DNA of 64,000 nucleotides, from assembly GCA_963669175.1 (NCBI GenBank), contig OY769902.1, forward strand, positions 1,280,001 through 1,344,000, in the 5' to 3' direction. The stretch is from a bacterium. GTDB taxonomy: Bacteria; Electryoneota; Electryoneia; Electryoneales; Electryoneaceae. How positions within the stretch are numbered: the stretch's first letter is position 1; each line of letters opens with the position of its first letter. Of the stretch, positions 38,776 to 47,895 are shown in pieces. Made by a program: the position numbers and the translations under genes. Below the pieces are notes generated by a model. That model saw nothing but the letters and a program-made list of their open reading frames with translations, was not told where the DNA came from and did no database searches.

Positions 38776-41208
38776 GTGAAGCGCGCAACTATGACAGGTT
38801 CAACACGTACGGTTCTATACACAGCTCTGTGGACCGTAGTGGTTGTTCTGTTTCTCACTCTCCGGCTGATCCATCAGGGGTTTGTGCTGACGTCACCTCC
38901 CGGAAACATCCTGATCATCGACTCCAAGTACTATTACCAGTGGGCTCAGCAGATCGCCGGTGTGCTGGTGTTTGAGCTGCATGACCTGCGTGATCCTTCC
39001 GGTCTGGCAACGAAACTGCAAGACCCGGGTGATCCGGTGGGGCAGTATATCTTCGAAAATCTGCAACCCCAGACAAAGCAGATGCTCGAGGTTCATGGCG
39101 GACGTTCCAAAGCGACTCCCATGCTGCACAAGGCGCTGGTTGATGAAATGAACCGGCTGCTGACGGATGATCACTTTTATGATGAAGAGCGGTTTGCCGG
39201 GGTCGATATTCCTATCGCGATCAAACAGCTTGCGGCAGGCCACCCCTCCGGACGGGAGTTGCATCGCGCCAACAGGGGACTGCTGGAAGCCAGGTACAAG
39301 TATATTTTCCGAAGCAATCGTTATATTCGCACTCCGAACGGTTTGGGGAACACGGTATTCTTCATGAGTCCCCTGTACCCGGTGTTTATAGCATTGGCAT
39401 TAAAGCTGAACGCCCTGCAAACCTTGTGGTTCCAGGTTTATCCTTCCGGCATTAACACAACCATGTTGCTGCAACTGCTGCTTTCCCTGGCAACACTGGG
39501 GCTTATCGGCCGATATGCAACTCGTCGTTTCGGGCCTGCGGCAGGAGTAATAGCCGGATTGCTGTATGCGTTATACGGTCCATCGATCTACTATGACAAT
39601 ATCCTCCTGTCCGCAACATTAATCCTGTTCCTGACCATGATCGCCCTAACCTTTATAGACCTGTTCCTGGAGAACGGGCGTCGCTGGCCAATCGTGTTCG
39701 CCGGGTTGGCAATCGGGCTCTCTGCGCTGGCCAGGCCATCCGCGTTGATCCTTCTCGTTGTGTTCGGGTTTATTCTGGTCAGAAAGTGGAAGAGTTACGG
39801 CGTTGAACAGTTGGGTATCCTGATTGCGAGCACAGTCATCGTCATTTTCCCGGCGTTACTGCGCAACTATCTCCACGGCGGCGAATGGTATATCACCACC
39901 AACTCGGCCGGGGTGAACTTCTATATCGGCAATCATGAAGAAGCGATAGGGTTATACAAGGAACCGCCCTTCCTGTCCAGCGCGGAACCGGCATTTGAGG
40001 CGGCCGACTACCGGCAGGAAGCCCAGAATCGGCTGGGTGAATCGTTGAGTGTGTCGGAGGCGTCAAATTACTGGTTGAAGCAGGGGCTGGGATTTGTAGC
40101 CAAGCACCCGGTAAGCTGGCTGAAACTGGAAGGACTGAAGCTGGCCTATTTCCTGAACCGGATCGAAGCGCCCAACAATGTGAGTTATTATGGTGTGCAG
40201 GAATACTCCGGTGTTTTACGTGCGCTCGGCTTCTTCAACTTCGGCATTCTGGCTCCGCTGGGACTGGTCGGCCTTTTTCTGGCGAGGAAAGAAGAGGGCT
40301 GGGATTTTGCTGTCGCGCTTCTGGTTGGTTACCTGCTTGTGGCGCTGCTGTTCTTCGTTGCCGGTGAATATCGTTATCCGGTCATTGGGGTGCTGTTTGC
40401 CTATGGCGCCGGTACGCTGACCCGAACCTATGCCCGGCTGAAGAACCATGAAATCGAGCGTGCCCAGTGGGCCATGATTGGTGTGCTGGCCATGTTGATG
40501 GTATGCAATATTCCCTGGCCCACCATGAAAGAGTTGCGTTCGCCCAGAATGGACTATTTCAACTGGGCGTCCGTATCCTTCGCGCAGGGCGACATGGCCA
40601 ATGCCAGCCTGCTCTTCACAGCCGCTATCGCGTACGATCCGACATGGATCGAACCTCATATTCAGCTTGCGCAGGTTTACGATGCCTGGGGGGTGAAGGA
40701 TCTCGCGGACCAGGAATATGCCGCGGCCGGGATCACACGCGATGAACTGAACAAAGCGCGTGAACAGGAAGAATTATCCAGCCTTCTCCCGGATTCGCTG
40801 ACGACTGATGGCGGCTTTGATGATGTTACCCCGGAGCAACTGGCGGTTGTTGGCGCACGCTTTAACCAGATCGGAAAATTCCGGCAGGCTGTGCTGGTCT
40901 TACGTGAAGCGGTTAAACGAGATTCCACCAACCTGGATGCGCGTTTCCATTATGCCTTTGCCCTTGAAGCGGCCGGCGCTCAGGCTGACGCTGTGGATAT
41001 TTATTTTGCGCTGGAACGAAAGCGTACCGATGATCCCCTGATTCCGTTCAGAATTGCCTGGTCGTATTATGCCATGGGGAACTATGGTACGGCCATGACT
41101 ACGATGAATCGTGTCAAGGAAAAGGTGGACAAACTTCCGGACGAAGAAAGCCGTGAGCGCTGGTACGAGATTATCAAACGCACCAAAGAAGCGTTTATGA
41201 ATTATTAA
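38776..41208 (+). CDS. GT-C fold membrane glycosyltransferase (GT39/ArnT-like) with C-terminal TPR region and an inserted soluble domain
   Basis: IDSKYYYQWA, FFMSPLYP, GLSALARP, RNY...GVNFYIGN, YRYP, multiple TM helices, TPR-like C-terminus. Confidence 0.85.
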   Translation: MKRATMTGSTRTVLYTALWTVVVVLFLTLRLIHQGFVLTSPPGNILIIDSKYYYQWAQQIAGVLVFELHDLRDPSGLATKLQDPGDPVGQYIFENLQPQTKQMLEVHGGRSKATPMLHKALVDEMNRLLTDDHFYDEERFAGVDIPIAIKQLAAGHPSGRELHRANRGLLEARYKYIFRSNRYIRTPNGLGNTVFFMSPLYPVFIALALKLNALQTLWFQVYPSGINTTMLLQLLLSLATLGLIGRYATRRFGPAAGVIAGLLYALYGPSIYYDNILLSATLILFLTMIALTFIDLFLENGRRWPIVFAGLAIGLSALARPSALILLVVFGFILVRKWKSYGVEQLGILIASTVIVIFPALLRNYLHGGEWYITTNSAGVNFYIGNHEEAIGLYKEPPFLSSAEPAFEAADYRQEAQNRLGESLSVSEASNYWLKQGLGFVAKHPVSWLKLEGLKLAYFLNRIEAPNNVSYYGVQEYSGVLRALGFFNFGILAPLGLVGLFLARKEEGWDFAVALLVGYLLVALLFFVAGEYRYPVIGVLFAYGAGTLTRTYARLKNHEIERAQWAMIGVLAMLMVCNIPWPTMKELRSPRMDYFNWASVSFAQGDMANASLLFTAAIAYDPTWIEPHIQLAQVYDAWGVKDLADQEYAAAGITRDELNKAREQEELSSLLPDSLTTDGGFDDVTPEQLAVVGARFNQIGKFRQAVLVLREAVKRDSTNLDARFHYAFALEAAGAQADAVDIYFALERKRTDDPLIPFRIAWSYYAMGNYGTAMTTMNRVKEKVDKLPDEESRERWYEIIKRTKEAFMNY

Positions 41209-41247
41209 TTGACACAGTTCGCTATTGCCCCGGATCCAGTTTTCAAG

Positions 41248-41276
41248 TTGTCATATTAAAGCTCAGACAGTATAAT
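41248..41276 (+). promoter_or_regulatory. Sigma70 promoter of the sigma54 regulator gene
   Basis: TTGTCA-17 bp-TATAAT. Confidence 0.7.
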
Positions 41277-41349
41277 GCGATGAAAACATTGAAAACGCAG
41301 TATATCCGGACTGTGTGCAGCCTTTCCACGGAATTGCCGGGGCAACTTC

Positions 41350-42720
41350 ATGCAGAACCTTCGCATCCTGATAGCCGATGATCACGCGGATGACCTGTCA
41401 GCGCTCGTAGCAGGGCTTGAACAGGGTGGCGCCTTCGTACATCTGGCCGAGAATGGCGAGGATGCGCTGGAGAAAGCTTTATCCGGAGAATATGACGCCC
41501 TGGTCACTGAGCTGGTCCTGCCCCAGTTGGGGGGCAAGGAAATCGTGCAGACCCTCCTGCAGGAATACCCTTCGTTTCCCATTGTCGTGTTTACCCGTTA
41601 CGGAACCATGGATGATGCCTTCAACCTGGCAAGGATGGGGGTAAAGGTATTCGCACGGAAGGATGACAACTCGGATGATCTGGCGGATAAAGTGCTACAG
41701 GTCGCTTCCGGTGAAGAGATTGATGAGGCCGGGGAAAAGGCGCCGTTCGCCAGGAAACTGCCGTTTTCCCAGTATATGTCCCGCAACGCCCAGATGACAT
41801 CCATTTTCAATACTGCCATTGAACGTGTTGCTCAAGCGCCTTCAACCGTGTTGATCACAGGTGAATCTGGCACCGGGAAAGAACTGCTGGCGAAAACAAT
41901 TCATCACTTCAGCCCACGTGGCGACCAGCCGATTGTGGCGGTTAACTGCGCTGCGCTGCCGGAAACCCTGATCGAAAGCGAACTGTTCGGGCATGAAAAG
42001 GGATCTTTCACCGGCGCTATTAACAAACGAATCGGTCGTTTTGAACAGGCCAGCGGAAGCACTTTTTTCCTGGATGAAGTTGGTGACCTATCGCCTGTTG
42101 TGCAGACCAAGCTGCTACGGGTGTTGCAGGAACGTACGATCGAGCGAGTCGGCGGCAATACCCCAGTGCCTGTGGATATTCGCCTTGTGGCAGCTACCCA
42201 TCGTGACCTGAAGAAGATGGTGCAGGAAGGTGACTTCCGTGAAGACCTGTACTATCGTCTGAGTGTCATTCACCTGCAATTGCCGCCCTTACGTGAACGC
42301 AAGGAAGACATTCCCGGCCTGGCCCAGTTCTTCCTTGAACGATACCGTGATAAAATCGGCCGGCCGGATATGTCGTTCTCGTCCTATGTTGTAAAGGCTT
42401 TTCAGCAGTATCCCTGGCCGGGCAATGTGCGTGAGCTGGAAAATGTGATCGAAGGCGCGGTGGTGATGTCGCCCGGGCCACGCATTGAATTGCGTGATCT
42501 TCGTGAAGATTTCCAGAATATCTCAGAACCCCAACAGGATGATCTGTCGCTTCGAGATGCCCGTGCCAGCTTCGAGAAGGATTTCATTGAAAAAGCGCTG
42601 CGCAAGCACAGCGGGAATGTGACTGCGACATCCGATGTGCTGGGCATCGCACGAAAGAACCTGCAGGAAAAGATCAAACGCTACAACATTGAAGTGGATA
42701 GCATACGCGAAGAGAGCTGA
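41350..42720 (+). CDS. Sigma54-dependent response regulator (NtrC family) with atypical receiver
   Basis: [46 protein letters not shown], Fis-type HTH. The receiver reads DALVTELVLP. Confidence 0.95.
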   Translation: MQNLRILIADDHADDLSALVAGLEQGGAFVHLAENGEDALEKALSGEYDALVTELVLPQLGGKEIVQTLLQEYPSFPIVVFTRYGTMDDAFNLARMGVKVFARKDDNSDDLADKVLQVASGEEIDEAGEKAPFARKLPFSQYMSRNAQMTSIFNTAIERVAQAPSTVLITGESGTGKELLAKTIHHFSPRGDQPIVAVNCAALPETLIESELFGHEKGSFTGAINKRIGRFEQASGSTFFLDEVGDLSPVVQTKLLRVLQERTIERVGGNTPVPVDIRLVAATHRDLKKMVQEGDFREDLYYRLSVIHLQLPPLRERKEDIPGLAQFFLERYRDKIGRPDMSFSSYVVKAFQQYPWPGNVRELENVIEGAVVMSPGPRIELRDLREDFQNISEPQQDDLSLRDARASFEKDFIEKALRKHSGNVTATSDVLGIARKNLQEKIKRYNIEVDSIREES

Positions 42721-42722
42721 TC

Positions 42723-44834
42723 CTATTTCAGCAGCACAACCCGTTGATATACATACCTTTCATTCTTGAAACGCGCACGCAGGAAATACACCCCACCGGA
42801 TAAGGCGGATGCGTTGAAGTCTATATCGTGAACCCCCGCTTCCATCCAGGTCATCTTTCGAATCTCAGCAACACGTTCACCAAGAACATTGAACAGCTCC
42901 AGTGAAACCGGTCCGTTGTTCGGCAAAGCCAGTTGAATGGTGACGCTGGCATTAAATGGATTCGGCCAGACGCTGTTGAGCGCAAATTCTGATGGAATAT
43001 CACGCGTGTCCATGTTGTCAATGGTTGAACTGGGCGCAACGGTGAACTGGAATGCTTCATTGCAAAGGACTACATCAGAGTCACTGATTGCATAAACCCA
43101 CCAGTTCACCTCAACTGGCGCATTCCATTCTTCCAGATCAAGTGAATCCAGCAGGTGAAATGCACGAATGTGATGCGGATATTCATCAATACTCCATCTT
43201 TCCTGGATAGGCGGGGTTTCGCAGGATACGTCAATCACTAGGCCGTAATGAACAGTCGTACCGGGATCGGGATCATCACTCTCTTCCCAGATGAAGAATA
43301 CAACTTCAGCTTCTTCCGGAGACAATTCACAATTGTGAACAGGCTCTGAAAGATTGAAGGAACCAGGTGGTTCCGGGACTTCAGCCAGGAAGGTAAAAGT
43401 TTGCAGAGGGGGCGAGAAAAGACCGGATTCTTCATCAATGGCAAGAACCTCCCATGAACAGTCCTCGTCCTCAGGAACATCAGACAGGATCATGGATGAT
43501 TCCCCAGGGACTTCAATGCAGATTGTATCTGGGAAATCGGATGGTATTATTCTCAAAATGTAACGCGGTATTTCACCGGGATCGAGATCAATACTGTTTG
43601 TCCATGAAAAAACGACTGGATACTCAGTAATATGTGCGTCATCGGGTGGAGTCAACAATGAAACAGGTGTTGGAATATGATATACAGCCTGAAGTTCCAT
43701 GACACGGTATTGCGGGATATCAGCTTCCGGGAGGGGTGAGCAGAAAATATCCAGATCACCGTCCTGATCAAAATCTGCCAGGGCAGCATCACGTTGTCTG
43801 TACCCATCATTCTCATCAGGAAAAACCGGAGAATGAAGGAGGAAACTGTCTGGGCGCACTTGTTCCAGCCAAGCTGTTCTGTAAGAGCCAGATGAAAATT
43901 TCCATAACAGAATGTCAGAATCATTATCCTGATCCATGTCTCCAACAAGTAGTCTGTGGAACCAGATATAAGCAGATGTATAAACAAGTTCGTAGCTGTC
44001 AGCAACATACTCGTAAATCAGCAACCGATTCTCATACAGGCAGGCGAAACCGCTGGTGTCACTGTTTATACCAAACTTGAAAGGCTCTGTGTCCCGTAAA
44101 CAGGCCCAGCCACCGTCTTCAATGTAAGTGTACTGGAAACAACCATATCCCTCGTTTATCAGGCACCCTGTCCTATAATAGACTTCCTGGTAAAAGAGCA
44201 AATCAGGATAAAGATCATCATTTAAGGAACAAATATGCAGTGTCTTGCAGTTGCCCAGGAACACGCCTGTATCTGCATAAAAGTCATAGCTTGTCCATTC
44301 ACCGTCTTCTGTCTGATACAAAACCAGCAACGTGAGTTCAAAGGGCAGTAAGGCAACAATATCAGGAAGTCCATCAACGTCCATATCACCTACGCCGATA
44401 TCAGATACAGATCCAATATCCACGGCGATACTGCGGTACTCAAATACGCCATCCGTTTGTTCCATCCATCCCACAACTCCGGATTCCGGGAAGGACAGGA
44501 TAATGTCCAAATCACCATCTCCGTCCAGGTCGTGTACATCAATTCCCGACGTTTCCTCAAGCGTGTCGCTGATTTCATGATACTCGAAGATCATTTCTCC
44601 AAGGTTTTCAAACCAGAACAACGTAGTTGAAAGATAATCGACATCAATACCAACAACATCAACATCCTGATCATTATCCAGGTCAACATGATGAAGGTCA
44701 AACGAATCAGTTGTCTCGATGGAATCTGCAACGATATGCATCTGGAATTCCAGCTCATTGCTGAAAGCAAGGCTGGAACACAGGAATAAAAGGCAGGTAA
44801 ACAGATAGGCTCGTGCAATGCAGGTATCGTGCAT
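42723..44834 (-). CDS. Secreted FG-GAP/VCBS-repeat protein with FN3-like domains and PNPFN C-terminal sorting domain
   Basis: Repeats DLDNDQDVD, DLDGDGDLD, DMDVDGLPD, DMDQDNDSD and DFDQDGDLD. C-terminus WPNPFN...GVYFLR...VLLK. Confidence 0.88.
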   Translation of the reverse strand: MHDTCIARAYLFTCLLFLCSSLAFSNELEFQMHIVADSIETTDSFDLHHVDLDNDQDVDVVGIDVDYLSTTLFWFENLGEMIFEYHEISDTLEETSGIDVHDLDGDGDLDIILSFPESGVVGWMEQTDGVFEYRSIAVDIGSVSDIGVGDMDVDGLPDIVALLPFELTLLVLYQTEDGEWTSYDFYADTGVFLGNCKTLHICSLNDDLYPDLLFYQEVYYRTGCLINEGYGCFQYTYIEDGGWACLRDTEPFKFGINSDTSGFACLYENRLLIYEYVADSYELVYTSAYIWFHRLLVGDMDQDNDSDILLWKFSSGSYRTAWLEQVRPDSFLLHSPVFPDENDGYRQRDAALADFDQDGDLDIFCSPLPEADIPQYRVMELQAVYHIPTPVSLLTPPDDAHITEYPVVFSWTNSIDLDPGEIPRYILRIIPSDFPDTICIEVPGESSMILSDVPEDEDCSWEVLAIDEESGLFSPPLQTFTFLAEVPEPPGSFNLSEPVHNCELSPEEAEVVFFIWEESDDPDPGTTVHYGLVIDVSCETPPIQERWSIDEYPHHIRAFHLLDSLDLEEWNAPVEVNWWVYAISDSDVVLCNEAFQFTVAPSSTIDNMDTRDIPSEFALNSVWPNPFNASVTIQLALPNNGPVSLELFNVLGERVAEIRKMTWMEAGVHDIDFNASALSGGVYFLRARFKNERYVYQRVVLLK

Positions 44835-45192
44835 GGGCGCCCCTGAGAGTTCGCTGATTCTCTTCTGTTGAAGCTACAATATAAGATGACGATATGTGGG
44901 GAATTATTCAAGGAAACAGGGAAAATTTCTCAATTAACATCATGATATTCAGTCCACCAGGGGCAATCCGACAAGAACAGGGGGGAGTCAGGGGGCGTGT
45001 GCTTTGGTTCACATTGCCTGAATAATGGGCATTATATACTGCCTCCCGGAGCGGACGAAAAATGTGTATCAATTCAATACAGTTGCTTGATCAGGTTGGA
45101 GTGGGGCCTGTTTCACATCTATATTGAAACAGGTAGGAAATCGGCGCTTTCCGTTTTGTAACGATACAGGTTTGTTAAACAGGAGTTCCTCC

Positions 45193-46689
45193 ATGCCACA
45201 TGGGGAATCCGCATTTGTGCCATCCTCCACGCTGGTTTTTATCGTGGAAGATGATCACTTTCAGGCCCAGCATGCTCGCATCCTGATAGAACGGATGGGG
45301 TTTGAGACTATGGTGTTCCCTAATGGCGAAGCTGCGCTTGATGAGCTTCAGGGGGGCACGATTCCGTCTGCGATGCTGCTGGATTTGATGATGCCGGGCA
45401 TGGGAGGCATGGAAACGCTGAAAGAGATCCGCAAGCAGGATCCGAACCTGCCCGTTATCATTGCCAGCGCCCAGGACAAAGTTTCCATTGCCATGGAAGC
45501 GATTCGCAGCGGCGCCAATGATTACCTGACCAAACCTATCGATGCGGAGAACCTGAAACGAATCCTGAACTTCGTCGTTGAAAAGCGTCGTATGGCGATG
45601 GAAATCGCTCTGCTGCGCCATCAGGTCAGCGAGCATTACAGCTTCCATAAGTTGATCGGTCGTTCCGCACAGATGAAAAGCATTTTCAAGCTGATCGAAA
45701 AGACGCTGCACAACGATATCAATGTGCTGGTCCTGGGCGAATCCGGTACGGGCAAGGAACTGGTGGCTCGTGCAATTCACTTTAACGGTGGACGTGCGCA
45801 GCATCCGTTCATTGTCGTCAACTGTGCCGCGATTCCAAGTGAGCTGGTGGAATCTGAACTTTTCGGCCACGAAAAGGGATCGTTTACCGGTGCGGTACAG
45901 CAGAAAATCGGCAAGTTCGAATTAGCGGACAAGGGCACGCTATTCCTGGATGAGATCGGCGATCTTGATTTCGGGGTGCAGGCCAAGCTGTTGCGTGTCT
46001 TGCAGGAACGTGAGTTCGAACGTGTTGGCGGAACCCGCACCATTCCGGTAGATGTGCGTGTCCTGGCGGCGACACGGCAGGACTTATCCACGATGGTGGA
46101 GAATGGCCGGTTCCGTGAAGACCTGTATTACCGGATCAATGCGTTTACTGTCAATATTCCGCCGCTGCGTGAACGCAAAGAGGATATTCCCTTACTGGCG
46201 CGACATTTCCTGATCAAACATGCCAAACCGCTGGGGCGTGAGGATATCGAGGCCTTTACCCCCAACGCAATCGCCATGCTGGAAAACTGCCCCTGGCCGG
46301 GGAATGTACGACAATTGGAAAACGCGGTCAGTCGTGCTATTGTACTGGCAGAATCATCAATGATCCGTTCGTTGGATTTCCCCGCCGAGCTCCAGAAATA
46401 CGATCCCGACCCGGAAGCGGACGCTTTATCGCCAGTCGATCAGGTGCAAGATCCGGCTGCTGCAGTTGAAGCAGTGATCGAAAACAACACGCAGCATAAA
46501 GATGAACCTGATTGCCTGCCAGCTTTCAAGTCACCGGATGAGATCCCGTCGCTTGAGTCGATTAAAGCATGGGCGATTGAACAGGCCGTGAAATCAACTG
46601 ATGGTAACATTTCCCTCGCCGCCAAGAAACTAGGCCTGGGACGAGCTACCATGTATCGCCTGATGGAAAAGCATGGGATTGAGGTTTGA
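45193..46689 (+). CDS. Sigma54-dependent response regulator (NtrC family)
   Basis: [61 protein letters not shown] before ATG 45193. Confidence 0.95.
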   Translation: MPHGESAFVPSSTLVFIVEDDHFQAQHARILIERMGFETMVFPNGEAALDELQGGTIPSAMLLDLMMPGMGGMETLKEIRKQDPNLPVIIASAQDKVSIAMEAIRSGANDYLTKPIDAENLKRILNFVVEKRRMAMEIALLRHQVSEHYSFHKLIGRSAQMKSIFKLIEKTLHNDINVLVLGESGTGKELVARAIHFNGGRAQHPFIVVNCAAIPSELVESELFGHEKGSFTGAVQQKIGKFELADKGTLFLDEIGDLDFGVQAKLLRVLQEREFERVGGTRTIPVDVRVLAATRQDLSTMVENGRFREDLYYRINAFTVNIPPLRERKEDIPLLARHFLIKHAKPLGREDIEAFTPNAIAMLENCPWPGNVRQLENAVSRAIVLAESSMIRSLDFPAELQKYDPDPEADALSPVDQVQDPAAAVEAVIENNTQHKDEPDCLPAFKSPDEIPSLESIKAWAIEQAVKSTDGNISLAAKKLGLGRATMYRLMEKHGIEV

Positions 46690-46694
46690 TCGGA

Positions 46695-47086
46695 AGTGAA
46701 AAAAGTAGGCAGTGAAAAAAGTGAAAAAAGAAGTCACATATTTCTGACTTAAAGTTTAGCTGTTCTCGATTTTATTCCGACATAATGGAGATTGCCGGGA
46801 AAAGGGGACGGGATCCTTTTCCTTGCGCTTATAACAGAACATTCCTGAAGTATTCATGGAAAAGGAAACTGTCCCCTTTTTCCATATCCTTTCTTTCAAC
46901 CATAGAAAGGATCTTTCACTGATATAGCACATGACCCTATGACGGATTAATAATGGGATTCTCTATACTTCGGTGAAAATGTTGAAAATTCTGTTTGGTC
47001 GACTCGACGCCAATACAAATATTGTTACTCGCGATCAAAGACAGTTCAGTCCTTTTTCACTTTTTTCACTGCCTACTTTTTTCACT
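46695..47086. repeat. Element bounded by about 35-bp inverted AAAGTG arrays, enclosing a two-box derivative of family C
   Basis: agtgaaaaaagtaggcagtgaaaaaagtgaaaaa ... tttttcacttttttcactgcctacttttttcact. Internal 46760-46980 matches 32025-32350 minus boxes 3-4. Confidence 0.85.
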
Positions 47087-47094
47087 ACGCATTA

Positions 47095-47871
47095 TCAAAC
47101 AAACTTACTTCCCTTCAACCACCCCAGCATTTGCAAACGATAGAAGAAATTCGGCGCCAGGGCGAACAGGTACTTAAAGATTTTAAAGCTGAAGGGTTCG
47201 TCATAGGTGCCGACAGGGTTACCACTCTCGATCCACTTTACGATTACCCGGGCGACATGATCCCCGTTGGGGGCTGAATTGACACGTTTTGCCCGAATTT
47301 TATACCCCGCCTCATTCACTCGGTTAACCGGCGCCCAGGCCAATGGTCCCTTGATCGCGCCGGGACGGTACAGACGTATACGGACATTCTTTTCTGCAGC
47401 GTAATAAGCGATGGGGCCAACACCGCTTACAAAATAATGCAGCGCAATCTTGCTGGCATGATAGATCGGTCCGAAACAGGAGGGACTGCCATCCGCGATA
47501 GAACCGATGGCAATGATATCCAATGGACGTGAATGCTCCATCTCCGCTGCCTGAATGCTGACCCAGGAAGGGAACAGGTAGTTGACTTTGGTTATCGAAT
47601 TATACTGATCCAGCAAAGGAAGTCCGTCTTTGCCGACTTCGGTTTCAATCTGCCCGGCATTGAGGACAATGATGTCCGGTTTAAAGTCGAGCAGCTTTCG
47701 GGCGTCTTCTTCCGTATCCTGGGCATTGGTGTGCAGCTCGGAAAAACAGGTGGAATCTTCAACGGCATCCTTACGGGAAACACCGATCACATGCCAGCCT
47801 TTTCGGATGTACAGACGTCCCAAAGCTGATCCCAGTATCCCGGAAATGCCTGTGATTACGATGGTTTTCAT
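47095..47871 (-). CDS. Short-chain dehydrogenase/reductase
   Basis: ITGISGILG, LNAG, IGS, YHASK. Confidence 0.85.
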   Translation of the reverse strand: MKTIVITGISGILGSALGRLYIRKGWHVIGVSRKDAVEDSTCFSELHTNAQDTEEDARKLLDFKPDIIVLNAGQIETEVGKDGLPLLDQYNSITKVNYLFPSWVSIQAAEMEHSRPLDIIAIGSIADGSPSCFGPIYHASKIALHYFVSGVGPIAYYAAEKNVRIRLYRPGAIKGPLAWAPVNRVNEAGYKIRAKRVNSAPNGDHVARVIVKWIESGNPVGTYDEPFSFKIFKYLFALAPNFFYRLQMLGWLKGSKFV

Positions 47872-47895
47872 CCTGTCTCCTATCTCTGCTTATGT

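Noticed and set aside
38962-39339. Intein in the glycosyltransferase
   Set aside because: No N-terminal Cys/Ser block and no His-Asn followed by Cys/Ser/Thr at the C-terminal junction.
41998-42018. GSFTGA instead of GAFTGA in both sigma54 regulators as a sign of inactivity
   Set aside because: GSFTGA is a common natural variant of the sigma54-contact loop.
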